Source: Squalus acanthias (taxonomy: Eukaryota). Taken from it: a stretch of 64,000 bases of DNA. Under the pieces are notes generated by a model. The model was not told where the DNA came from. It saw only the letters and a list, made by a program, of their open reading frames with translations, and searched no databases. Shown one piece after another: positions 12,675 through 24,409 of this stretch; positions within the stretch are counted from its first letter, which is position 1; every line of letters begins with the position of its first letter. A program made the position numbers and the translations under genes. The stretch covers positions 96,908,001 through 96,972,000 of the forward strand of contig CM059432.1 of the NCBI GenBank assembly GCA_030390025.1, read 5' to 3'.

Positions 12675-12684
12675 TCAATATTCA

Positions 12685-13096
12685 TACGATACAAAGCTAG
12701 GTGGGAAAGTAAGCTGTGAGGAAGACGCAAAGAGCCTGCAAAGGGATATAGACAGGTTAAGTGATTGGGCAAGAAGGTGGCAGATGGAGTGTAATGTGGG
12801 GAAGTGTGAAAGTATTCACTTTGGTAGGAAGAATGGAAAAGCAGAATCTTTTTTAAACGATGAGAGACTCAAAAATGTTGGTATTCAGAAGAATTTGGGT
12901 GTCCTTGTACACAAATCACAGAAAGTTAACATGCAGGTACAGCAAGCAATTAGGAAGGCAAATGATATGTTAGCCTTTATTGCAAGGGGGTTGGAGTTTT
13001 AGAGTAAGGAAGTCTTGCTACAATTATGTAGGGTTTCGGTGAGACCACACCTGAAGTACAGTGTACAGTTTTGATCTCCTTACCCAAGGAAGCATA
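12685..13096 (+). mobile_element. CR1 ORF2 RT C-terminal fragment; a 3' end fragment follows at 14846-15075
   Basis: DTKLGG..LQRDIDRLSDWARRWQM..KC..HFG..LGVLV..KAN.MLAFIARG. Confidence 0.85.
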
Positions 13097-14845
13097 CTTC
13101 TCTAATTTCCCTTTTAATTCCCAACCTCCGTATTACTGTTTGGAGGTCTATATACCACACCCACTAACGTTTTCTGCCCCTTGTTATTTCTCAGTTCTAC
13201 CCATACAGATTCCGCATCATCAGAGCTAATATCCTTCCTTTCAATTGTGTTAATCCCCTCTTTAACCAGCAATGCTACCCCACCTCCCTTTCTTTTTTGC
13301 CTATCTTTCCTAAATATTGAATACCCCTGGATGTTGAGTACCCAGCCTTGGCCACCCTGGAGCCATGTTTCTGTAATCCCAATCAAATCGTGTTAATTTA
13401 CCTCTATTTGCGCAGCTAATTCATCCACCTTTTTCCGAATGCTCCTTGCATTAAGATACAAAGCCTTCAGGCTTGTTTTTTTAACGCTGTCAGACCTATA
13501 TGAATTATTATTTACTGTGACCATTTTTGATTTAAACCATTGAGTTCTTTGCCTTCTACTTTTGGTTTTTCTCCTTCCTGTCTTTTGCTTTTATCCTTGT
13601 TTCCCTTTCCTCTGTCTCCCTGCTCAGGTTCCCAACCCCCTGCCACTTTAGTTTATACCCTCCCCAACAGCACTAGCAAACACTCCCCCTAGGACATCGG
13701 TCCCAGCCCTGCCCAGGTGCAGACCGTCCTGTTTGTATTGGTCCCACCTCCCCCCGAACCAGTTCCAATGTCCAAAGAATTTGAATCCCTCCCCCTTGCA
13801 CCATTCCTCTAGCCACGTATTCATTTGAAATATCCTCCTATTTCTACTCTGACTAGCACGTGGCACTGGTAGCAATCCTGAGATTACTACCTTTGAGGTC
13901 CTATTTTTTAATTTACCTCCTAACTCCCTATATTCTGCTTTTAGGACCTCATCCCATTTTTTACCTATATCGTTGATGCCTATGTGCACCACGACAACTG
14001 GCAGTTCGGCCTCCCTCTCCAAAATGTTCTGTAGCTGCTCCGAGACGTCCTTGACCCTTGCACCAGGGAGGCAACACACCATCCTGGAGTCTCGTTTGCG
14101 GCCGCAGAAACGCCTATCTATTCCCCTTACAATTGAGTCCCCTATCACTATAGCTCTTCCACACTTTTTCCTCCCAGCCTGTGCAGCAGAGCCACCCATG
14201 GTGCCAGGAAGTTGTCTGCTGCTGCCTTCCCCTGATAAGTCATCCCCCCCAACAGTATCCAAAGTGGTATATCTGTTTGAGAGGGGGATGGCCACAGGGA
14301 CCCTTGCACTACCTGCCTGCACCTCTTACTCTGCCTGGTGGTCACCCATTCACTTCCTGCCTGTACACCCTTTACCTGCGGTGTGACCAACTCGCTAAAC
14401 GTGCTATCCACGACGTTCTCAGCATCGCGAATGCTCCAATATGCATCCATCCGCAGCTCCAGCGCCGCAATGCGGTCTATCAGTAGCTGCAGCTGGATAC
14501 ACTTCCCACACACATAGTCGTCAGGGACACGGGAAGCGTCCCTGATTTCCCACATATAGCAGGAGGAGCATATCACGGGGCGGAGCTCTCCTGCCATGAC
14601 TTACCCTTTAATTAATTAATTAAAATTAAATTAAATGAATCCCACCAATTTCACTTCAATTAAATGATATACTCAAGGGCCCTTTCCCGACACTGGCCTC
14701 TGTAAAAAGCCCACGAAAGTGAGTTTAAATACTCACTGTGCTGCTGCTCTCTCTGCTCCTGACACTGGCCTCTGTAAAAAAGCCCGCGAAAGTGAGTTTA
14801 ACTACTCACTGTGCTGCTGCTCTCTCCGCTCCCGACACTGGCCTC
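13097..14845 (-). mobile_element. CR1 LINE 5' half (5' UTR repeats, ORF1, endonuclease start), 3'-truncated
   Basis: ORF1 zinc finger CSSC..CGKC (14148..14597) and SGNH esterase GDS/GIND/DGLH (13648..14322, frameshifted); APE motifs IGITETWL, GGGVALLV, VYRPP; about 73-bp 5' UTR tandem repeat 14686-14845. Confidence 0.92.
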
Positions 14846-16140
14846 AGTGGGTTGCAAATCTTTGTAATTCTCTACCCAAGAGGGCTGTGGATTCTCAGTC
14901 ATTGAGTTTATTCAAGTCTGAGATCGATAGATTTTTGGGCATTAAGGGAATCAAGGGATATGAGGAAAGGGCAGGAAAGTGGAGTTGATGTAAAAGTGCA
15001 GCCATGATCTTATTGAATGGCGGAACATGCTCGAAGGGCCATATGGCCTACTCCTGCTCCTATTTCTTATGTTCCATTCCTGCTAGCCTCCATTTTAACC
15101 TCGCGCTTTTCTTTGGCAGCAGAGGTGCCCACCAGAAGGGCGCCTTATGAATAGATGAAAAGTGGGTGCTGTGCTCAGGAAAGCCTGACAGGGAAGAAGA
15201 TAAGTCAAAAACTATCATTAGTGGGGCCAGGAGGAACAGCTAGCCAGTGGGATGTAATTGAGGCCGGGCAGTTAATATCCTTTTGGTATTAGTATTTTTT
15301 CTGGTATTTTGCTCCTCCCAGGAGATTACATGGCTGCTGGGGGTGGGTTAGGGTTAGGGTTAATGCCTAGTCATGATGCCCTCATGAGTGTGGGGCAGGC
15401 TTGATGGACGGGCTGGCCTTTTCCTGCCCGTCACTTTTGTATGCTCATAAGTTCCCGTCTGGGAGTTAAAATACCCCCAATTGCTATTGGCCTGCTTAAA
15501 CTGTAATAATAGGAAGTGCAGAGGGCTCTGAAAGTACAAAACTTATTTACCTTGACAGTTGTTTCCTTGGATCCACCAGATTATGAACATGCTTTAAACT
15601 GATAAACTAATAAGATTCACCTGCAATGGCTTCTCTTCCTGCTCCCGCACCATTACCTCTGGTGTCCCCCAAGGATCTATCCTTGGCCCCCGTAATACCA
15701 ATTATATCATATCCATTTACATCTATTTGCGCAGCTAATTCATCCACCTTATTACGAATGCTCCTCGCATTAAGACACAAGGGGGTAGAAATTAGGTCGC
15801 GCCCCATTTGGGGCGCAAATATCGTCCGCGCGCAAATATTAGCGCCTGGCGCTAATTATCGGCACTGACAGGAAACTTCACTTTTACCGCCCCGGGAGGT
15901 GAGTGGAGCGCTAAATTAGGCGCTGCACACCTCTCTTAAGGCGCAAAGGCCTAGGAGTGAGGCGCTAACTCAGCGCACGAGCGCAGCGCAGCTGCTGCCA
16001 GTTAGCGAGGGAACACAGACACACTGGCGCCGGACACTTCTTAAAGCGGGGGGGGGGCCACTTGCTCCCCAGCCACACCCTGCTCATTGCAGCCTTGAAT
16101 CTCAGCCTGGAGAGACCTGTAATCCATTTTGCTGCCAAGC

Positions 16141-17997
16141 ATGGAGAGGGTGAGAGAACGCACTCATCGCTTCACCGAGCGGGCCTTGGATGCTCTGGTT
16201 GACGCAGTGGAGCGCAGACGATGCATGCTGTTCCCGGAGAGTGGCAGGAGGCCTTTGCCACGCGAGTTCAGAAGAGTGTGGAGGGAGGTGGCTCAGAGCG
16301 TCTCCTCCAGGAGCATGGTGCCCAGGACCCATGTCCAGTGCCGCAAAAAGTTCAACGACCTCACTCGGGTCGTCAGGGTGAGTGGCTTTTTCTCAATACC
16401 TCTCCATCCCTCCATCTCAACCTCACTCTATGGCCAGAGGGTCTTAAAACCCCAATGCACAACACTCATGCAACACCTATGGCCCTTTCATCAAACACAC
16501 ACACACATTCCACACTTTGCATACAGTAAGGGCTATTCACCTATGGGAGGCACATCAGGCAAGACCATGGCTGTATATTGACTCAGATGCTGTCCTTTTT
16601 CCTGCAGGCTAAGCTGGCTCATAATCGGAGACAGCAGCAACGGACGGGTGGAGGGCGGCTTCAGCTGCAACCCCTCAGCGATCTGGAGGAGCGCGTCCAC
16701 AGGATTGTGGCAAGCCGGGTGATCGGTCCCGTCGCCACTGGAGACGCCGACCCCGTTGTGGACAGCAATGGTAAGGTCATCACCTTTTTGTCCTCTGTCC
16801 TTCCACTTGTCCCTCACAATACCAGCCTTTGACACTTTCAATCCAACTTGCTAACTCGCTGCACTTATTCCTCCCTTACTGCCACCCTGTCCTCACGCTA
16901 AAGCCACTCTTGTACCTCCCTGCTTTCAGATGGTGATTCACCAGCTGAGGAGATGGTCCCTGAAGCTGCCACTGGGAGTGATGCTGCAGCTGAGGAGGAA
17001 GAGGAAGCCGGAGCATCAGTGCCACCCTCTCCCGAGGAAGCCCATGGCCACACTGGGAACACGCCTTCCCCGGAGGGGAGCAGGGGGGAAGGGGCTGATG
17101 ATGGTGAAGTTCCAGGACCCAGCGGGCTGCAGCAACGCCATGGGGGGGGGAGGGAAGAACGGGGGAGCAGGGGGGAAGGGGCTGATGATGGTGAAGTTCC
17201 AGGACCCAGCGGGCTGCAGCAACGCCATGGGGGGGGGGAGGGAAGAACGGGAGCCTTCTCCCCAGAGGGAGAGTATGCCAGACACTCCTAATGCAATGGA
17301 CGCAGAGGAGGAGCGGCTGATTGCAGAAATGAACAGCCAGGCGGTGGTCATGCACACTGAGCTCATGGGTGCAGTGGGAAGGGTGCCCGAATGCATTGAG
17401 GCACTGGCAAGGAGTGTGGAGCACTTCGCTGTAGCACAGGCGGATGCCACACTAAAGCTTACTGCTGCAATTCAGTCACTGGCTGCCAGGAACCCATCTG
17501 AGCCTGCTCTCATGCAGACTCAGATTGAGGCCACGCGAGCACTGACTGCTGCCATCCTCGATGGTTCGTGCACATGTCCCCGGGGCTGTCACCGCGCCGC
17601 AGCAGGCCAGCAATCTGTTCTCCGGCAAATTGCTCCGGATGCTGAAGTGCTGCCCCGTGGGAGTGCCAGTGTGTCGGGCGAGCAGGGAGTTGCTGTCCTC
17701 TCTCACGATGACAGCATTCCTGCTGCCAACACTGTCACTTCTCCACTGCACTTGCCACCGCCTGTAGGACAGACTGCTGCCGCCCATGCAGAGTTGGTGC
17801 AGTCTGCAGCCGGGCCCTCCAGGCCCAGAAGTGGTCGAGGCCGTCCTTCAGGGGCATCTGCAGTGTCAGGGTCTGACAAGCAGCAGCCTTCCACCAGCCT
17901 TGCTGCAGCCACTGAGGTCCCATTACGGAGGAGCAGTAGGGTTAGAAGGGGGGAAGTGCGCAAGGGAAGGAGATCACCCTCGAAGGGCAAAAAGTAG
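16141..17997 (+). CDS. Harbinger Myb/SANT-like DNA-binding protein; predicted exons 16141-16377, 16608-16770, 16930-17997; +1 frameshift in a G10 run at 17229-17238
   Basis: RFT..ALDALVDAV..W.EVA..V..RT..QCRKKFNDL; GTGAGT / TTTTCCTGCAG (phase 0) and GTAAGG / CTTTCAG (phase 1) junctions keep the frame (AKLAHNRR..TGGG); AATAAA at about 18175. Confidence 0.82.
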
Positions 17998-18291
17998 GAG
18001 GTGTGCCAAAATGCTGGTCATTTTTTTATTAAAGGCCGAGGTTCATGGCCCAACTTTTGTTTAGTGTTTTGGACATTATCTCCAGGTTGTGAGAACCAGT
18101 TATGTTATTGACTGTTTTTTTGTGTTTATTTCTATGAGTTTGTCATGAGGAATTGACACACACAGAGTTTGTACAATAAATAAGTTTCTGTATTCAAAAT
18201 ATACATGGCTGGTGGTTGGAATTATTGGTGCCTTGGCCGGCTTAGGGGTTGCGTGCTGGGTTGATTCGTGTTTGTAGCACTGGCAGGGGCC

Positions 18292-19452
18292 CTAGAAGCG
18301 GCTTGCTATTAGTCGTTGACGGACGGCCCTTGCAGTTTGAGCATTGTGGGCCGCCCTCCTGCCTTGGTGCTGCTGCTGATCATCGTCCTCGGCCTGTTCC
18401 TCCTCTTCCTCCTCCTCCTCTTGTGGTGCTGCAAGGCCTGGTGGCATTGGCTGCGTCCTGAGGATTGCCATGTTGTGCAACATGCAGCACACCACTACGA
18501 ATTTGGAAACTTGCTCAGGCGAGTACTGCAGGGCTCCTCCGGAATGGTCCAGACAGCGGAATCGTTGTTTGAGCACGTCGATTGTGCGCTCAATAATGTT
18601 CCTGGTTGCTTGTTGGCTTTCCTGGTTCCGCAGCTCAGCAGGGGTGTTTGGCGCACGGAGCGGTGTCATCAGCCAGGTGCTCAATGCGTACCCCTTGTCC
18701 CCCAGAAGCCAACCAACTGGCTGATGCGGTGCCTCGAAAATTTCTGCCACAGTACTCTGGCGCAGGATGAAAGCATCGTGGCAGCTGCCCGGATAGTGGG
18801 CATTGACAGCGAGAATCACCTGTCTGTGGTCACAGACCAACTGCACATTCAAGGAATGGAACCCCTTTCTGTTCCGGAACTCCTCTGCATTCTCTCGCGG
18901 AGCACGCAAAGCCACATGCGTGCAGTCAATGGCGCCCTGCACTATGGGGAAGCCCGCTACCCTCGCAAAGCCCATAGCACGGTCATGCTGCCTGTCTGGG
19001 GTCATAGGGAAGGAGATGAAGTCTCGTCTCCTTGTGAAGAGGGCATTGGTGACCTGCCGGATGCAGCGATGCACCGCAAACTGGGAGATATTGGCGAGGT
19101 CCCCAACAGCAGCTTGGAATGAGCCAGTGGCGTAGAAGTTCAAAGCCACTGTGACCTTCACTGCCACCGACAGAGACGTCCTGGACCTCAGCTGAGGCTG
19201 CAGATCTGGCTGCAGCAGGTGGCAGAGCTCAGTGACCACCTCCTTGCTGAATCGCAGCCTTCGCAAACACAGCTCCTCGGACATGTGGATGTAGGAGAGC
19301 TGTTCACGATATACCCTGGGAGGGTAAGCTCTCCTGTACATGCGCCTGATGGGCCTCCTCCGTCTGGCCATCATTGCCACTCTCTGTCTGCGTCTCACTC
19401 TCCTCCGATTGAGCTGGAGCAGGACGATGCCCCCAATCATTGCAGCCCCCAT
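18292..19452 (-). CDS. Harbinger DDE transposase (HARBI1-like family), 386 aa, uninterrupted
   Basis: [38 protein letters not shown]...LKQRFRCL, CCMLHN. Confidence 0.95.
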   Translation of the reverse strand: MGAAMIGGIVLLQLNRRRVRRRQRVAMMARRRRPIRRMYRRAYPPRVYREQLSYIHMSEELCLRRLRFSKEVVTELCHLLQPDLQPQLRSRTSLSVAVKVTVALNFYATGSFQAAVGDLANISQFAVHRCIRQVTNALFTRRRDFISFPMTPDRQHDRAMGFARVAGFPIVQGAIDCTHVALRAPRENAEEFRNRKGFHSLNVQLVCDHRQVILAVNAHYPGSCHDAFILRQSTVAEIFEAPHQPVGWLLGDKGYALSTWLMTPLRAPNTPAELRNQESQQATRNIIERTIDVLKQRFRCLDHSGGALQYSPEQVSKFVVVCCMLHNMAILRTQPMPPGLAAPQEEEEEEEEQAEDDDQQQHQGRRAAHNAQTARAVRQRLIASRF

Positions 19453-21539
19453 CTTCTCTTTGCCAGAAAAGTAATGAGGTACAGCAACGAAAGTAGCAGC
19501 AAAGTTAGGATGAACTAGGCAAAACTACCTCACAAAGCGTTGAGTCAATGTAGAAGTCTCTCTCTCTCTCTCTCCGAATCTCTCTCTCTCTCTCAGAACG
19601 AGTGGTGCATAAATGTCGACCACAGAAAAAGACAGGAAGAGGCCCCCTTTAAATAGCGTCCCCCCCAGCCCCACACCGATTGATAACGTTCCAGTCTTCC
19701 GGTCGTTGGAAGCGCCAGGCGGTAAGGCAGGGGGCGCCACTCAATTTCCGCTCCGGGGCGTCCCAAGGGCGTTGCACCACGGAATGACGTCACAATCTGC
19801 GCGCGCAGGTGGTCGCAGCGGTAAGTTTTAGCGCCGCCGCACAATCTCAAGTTAAGTTCTCGAGCGGCGCAAACAGCGCTGCGCCCGGGCGTTAGCGCCT
19901 TAACGCCCCATTAGCGCCCATTTAAGGCGCTAACGGGAGGCGCAACCAACTGAATTTTTACCCCTTAGACCTTTTAGAATTATTATTTACTGTGGCCATG
20001 TTTGATTTACACCCTTGATTTCTCTGACTGCCACTTTTGCTATTCTCCTTCCTGTCTTTTGCTTCTATCCTTGCTTCCCTTTCCTCTGTCTCCCTGCACA
20101 GGTTCCCAACCCCCTGCCATTTTAGTTTAAACCCTCCCCAAAAGCACCAGCAAACACTCCCCCTAGGACATCAGTCCCGGTCCTGCCCAGGTGCAAACCG
20201 TCCAGTTTGTACTGGTCCCACCTCCCCCAGAACCGGTTCCAATGTCCCAGAAATTTGAATCCCTCCCCCTTGCACCATTCCTCTAGCCACGTATTCATCT
20301 GAAATAGCCTTCTATTTCTACTCTGACTAGCACGTGGCACTGGTAGCAATCCTGAGATTACTACCTTTGAGGTCCTATTTTTTAATTTACCTCCTAACTC
20401 CCTATATTCAGTTTTTAGGACCTCATCCCAGTTTTTACCTATATCGTTGGTACCTATATGCACCACGACAACTGGCTGTTCGCCCTCCCTCTCCAGAATG
20501 CCCTGAAGCTGCTCTGAGACATCCGTGACCCTTGCACCAGGGAGGCAACATACCATCCTGGAGTCTCGTTTGCGGCCGCAGAAACGCCTATCTATTCCCC
20601 TTACATTAGAATCCCCTATCACTGTAGCTCTCCCGCTCTTTTTCCTCCCCACCTGTGCAGCAGAACCACCCATGGTGCCAGGAAGTTGGCTGCTGCTGCC
20701 TTCCCCCGATAAGCCATCTCCCTCAACAATATCCAAAGCGGTATATCTGTTTGAGAGGGGGATGGCCACAGGGGACTCCTGAACTACCTTCCTGCGCCTA
20801 CTACTCTGCCTGTCGGTCACCCATTCCCTTCCTGCCTATGCAGCCTTTACCTGCGATGTGACCAACTGATTAAACGTGCTATCCACAACGTCCTCAGCAT
20901 TGCAAATGCTCCAGCGCCACAATGCGGTCTGCCAGTAGCTGCAGCTGGATACACTTCCCGCACACATGGTTGTCAGGGACCCAGGAAGTGTCCCTGATTT
21001 CCCACATAGTGTAGGAGGAGCATACCACGGGGCCGAGCTGTGCTGCCATGACTTACCCTTTAATTAATTTAAATTAAATCCATGCCACTAATTACACTAC
21101 AATTAAATGATATACTCAAGGGCCCTTGTTTACTAGCACTCCCTGCTACACAACAGAGACCTTAGAAACTACAACCACAAAAATTAAGACCTTTTAAACT
21201 TTATAAACTATTAACCTTAACTGTCAAACTATAGAGTAGTATAAATACTCACCTGGCCGTACTCACCCAATCAGCTGCTTCCTCTTGCCCGCGTCACTTT
21301 TTGAATTGTGGCATGGCTTTGGTACGCCGCTGCCGGTCTGCGAGATGACCAGCCTTTGAAAAAAAGCCCGCGAAAGTAAGTTTAAATACTCACTGTACTC
21401 TCCTGTTGCTCCCGACACCGGCCTCTTCCTACAGGGTGAAAAGTTAGGAAAAACAAAGGAGAAGCAAGGGAGATCCTCCTTCCACTCCTCACCTAACTCC
21501 GACTCACCCAACTCGCAGCACTCTGTTGAAACCACACTC

Positions 21540-23013
21540 GGAAGCTCAGGGTCCCCCTTACGGACTGAACGGAGATGTTCCGCAAAGCGGTCACCCAATC
21601 TGCGTTTGGTCTTCTCAATGTAGAGGAGACCACATCGTGAGCAGCAAATACAGTATACTAGATTGCAAGAAGTACAAGTAAATTGCTGTTTCACCTGGAA
21701 GGGGTGTTTGGGGCCCTGGACAGTGGGAAGGGGGGAGGTATAACGGCATATGTTGCATTTCCTGCGCGGAAATGGCGGTGGATGATCCGTTGAATGTGAA
21801 GGCTGGTGGAGTGAAAGGTGAGGACAAGGGGAACCCTATCATGGTTCCGGGATGGAGGGGCAGGGGTGAGGGCAGAAGTGCGGGAGATGGAACGGACACG
21901 GTCAAGGGCCCTGTCAACCACAGTAGAGGGGAATCCTCGGTTGAGGAAAAAGGAAGACATGTCGAAGCTCTGGTATGTAAGGTGGCATCGTCAGAGCAGA
22001 TGCGGCGGAGACGGAGAAACTGGGAGAATGGAATAGAGTCCTTACAGGAAGCGGGATGGGAGGAAGTGTAGTCCAGGTAGCTGTGGGAGTCAGTGGGCTT
22101 GTAGTGAATGTTTGTCAATAACCTATCCCCAGAGATAGAGACGGAGAAGTCGAGGAAGGGAAGGGAAGAGTCGGAGATGGACCATGTGAAGGTGTGGAAA
22201 GGGTGGAAATTGGAAGCAAAGTGAATGAAATTTTCTAGTTCAGGGCGAGAGCAGGAAATGGCACCGATACAGTCATCAATGTACCAGAAAAAGAGGTGAG
22301 GGAGGGGACCTGAGTAGGACTGGAACAAAGAGTGTTCCACATATCCCACGAAAAGGCAGGCATAGCTAGGACCCATGCGGGTTCCCATAACAACACCTTT
22401 GATCTGGAGGAAGTGAGTGGAGTCAAAGGAGAAGTTCTTCAATGTGAGAACAAGTTCAGCCAGGCGGAGGAGGGTGGTGGTGGATGGGGACTGGTCGGGC
22501 CGCTGTTCAAGGAAGAAGCGGAGCGCCCTCAGGCCATCCTGGTGGGGGATGGAGGTGTAGAGGGATTTTACGTCCATAGTGAAAAGGAGGCGGTTGGGGC
22601 CAGGAAACTGGAAACTGTTAAAGTGGCGGAGGGCGTCGGAAGAGTCGCGGATGTAGGTGGGAAGAGACTGACAAGGGGAGAAAAAATAGAGTAGAGATAG
22701 GAAGAGATAAGTTCTGTGGGGCAAGAACAGACTGAAACGATGGGTCTACCAGGGCAGTCCTGTTTGTGGATCTTGGGAAGGATGTAGAAGCGGGCTGTGC
22801 GGGGTTGGGGAACTATGAAGTTGGCGGCCGTGGGGGGAAAGATCTCCAGAGGAGATGAGGTCAGTGGCAGTCTTGGAAACAGTAGCTTGATGTTCGGTAG
22901 TGGGTCATGGTCCAGGCAGAGGTAGGAGGAGTTGTTGGTGAGTTGGCGTTCAGCTTCCGCTAGGTAGAGGTCGGTTCGCCAAACAACAACAGCACCACCC
23001 TTGTCAGCAGGTT
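21540..23013 (-). mobile_element. Second Penelope family: RT and partial GIY-YIG, degraded
   Basis: MDVKSLYT, MGTRMGPSYA, WYIDD, FLD, HYKPTD (21615..22724); LVYCICC..LYIEKTKRRL..RFAEH (21263..21694). Confidence 0.9.
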
Positions 23014-24297
23014 AACTGAAACGTTAACTCTGTTTCTCTCTTCACAGATGCTGCCTGACCTGCTGAGTATCTCCAGCATTTTCTGTTTTTATTTCAGATT
23101 TCCAGCATCTGCAGTATTTTCTTTTTGTATTAGTGTTTAATTCACTGCCACTTCTCTTCCAGGAATGCCCACATTAAAGAAGTTCTGCTCTTCTCTCCGA
23201 CAGGATTTCCATTTGTCTCTTTTACCTTGTTCATCTTCATTGCTTTCTGTCTCCCTTCTCGTGATTGATCAGGTATCTACCAAAACTCGCTTTTACAGCC
23301 ACATATCTTTCCTCAGCAACTGTCTCCGGCTCCGACTTACTCCACGTGGATTCCAACTGAAATTCCACCCTTCGTGTTTTGGATCCACCCAGGACTACAG
23401 ATATCTCCAAGATATTCATCGTTCCTCGAACCACTGCTCTCGCCGTATCCTGGCATCCACGCTGAATGCCATGCGACGCCACATGAACACTCTCGACCTC
23501 TCCTCAGCAGCACCGACTCACTCTATCTCAAAGCTGTCCTGGTCCGCAGTTCCATTTCATCCTTCGCCTCATCCGGCGCTTCAACAAAAAACTTTTTTTC
23601 TTCCTTTCAGGTGTCAAGGATCGCAAGCTTCAACAACTCTTGACACCAACACCCCTCCGGAACCTTCTTCCCCTTCACTTTCCTCTGACCCCATCCCTTC
23701 TCCCAATCTCACCCCCTGCTGCATTTTCACTGTCCCCTCTGACCTTCCCCTCTCTGACCCCGAACGATCAGTCCTTAGCAAAGGCCTGAGCTTTATCCCC
23801 TTACACCCCCACCTCAATGAATTTCGGGCTCGGCACGATGCTGAGCTCTTTTTCCGCCGCCTTTGTCTCCATGCCCACTTCTTTGGCCAGGAGTCTTCCC
23901 CCCGCACGGCTGATCCTTTCTCCCACGTTCAGAATTGTCGTTCTACTGGACACCTCCCTCTGGCCTCTGAACCTCTCTAGATCTTTTCATTGCAAACTGC
24001 CGGCGTGACATCGGCTGTCTCAATTTCTCTGCTCCCCTCACTCCAACCTACCTCCCTCTGAACTTGCAGCACTCCATTCTCTCAGATCCAATCCCAACAT
24101 TGTCATTAAACCTGCTGACAAGGGTGGCGCTGTTGTTATTTGGCGAACTGACCTCTACCTAGCGGAAGCTGAACGCCAACTCTCCGACACCTCCTTCTAC
24201 CTCTGCCTGGACCATGACCCCGCTACCGAACATCAAGCCACCGTTTCCAAGACTGTCACTGACCTCATCTCCTCTGGAGATCGTCCCCCCACGGCTG
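23014..24297 (+). mobile_element. Inverted 5' part of the same Penelope family (pLTR remnant, N-terminal ORF)
   Basis: GAAACGTTAACTCTG..GATGCTGCCTGACCTGCTGAG 5' region; HISFLSNCLRLRLTPRGFQL, VLSKGLSF, FFRRL, IKPADKGG; 24108-24297 is an inverted duplicate of 22824-23013. Confidence 0.85.
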
Positions 24298-24409
24298 CAA
24301 ATGGAAGTGTTTGTATAGTAGGGTTGGAGGCCAGAATGTCTGGAGCTGCCATGTTCTTCTTACAATTCAGAATAAATCTGTTTATATAGAGTCATATAAT
24401 TACATAGTT

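Larger units (their letters stand above)
15782..19964. mobile_element. Full-length two-gene PIF/Harbinger DNA transposon (about 4.2 kb)
   Basis: TIRs GGGGTAGAAATT / AATTTTTACCCC; convergent Myb/SANT and DDE transposase genes; GC-rich subterminal TTAGCGCC/GGCGCTAA repeats shared with the MITEs. Confidence 0.95.
15690..21425 (-). mobile_element. CR1 LINE 5' half interrupted by the Harbinger at 15782-19964
   Basis: LCLNARSIRNKVDEL at 15690-15780; esterase ORF1 20122..20820; ORF1 start about 21049; 5' UTR as in the other copies. Confidence 0.9.

Noticed and set aside
15344..15363. GGGTTAGGGTTAGGGTTA telomere-like repeat
   Set aside because: Only about three units; insufficient for an interstitial telomere call
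16930..17240. 355-aa ORF 16930..17997 as a standalone gene
   Set aside because: Its ATG coincides with the exon-3 acceptor; the first about 100 codons are the wrong frame of the spliced Myb gene
18292..19452. Domesticated HARBI1 host gene
   Set aside because: Sits between TIRs with a Myb partner, inside a LINE; it is a transposon ORF
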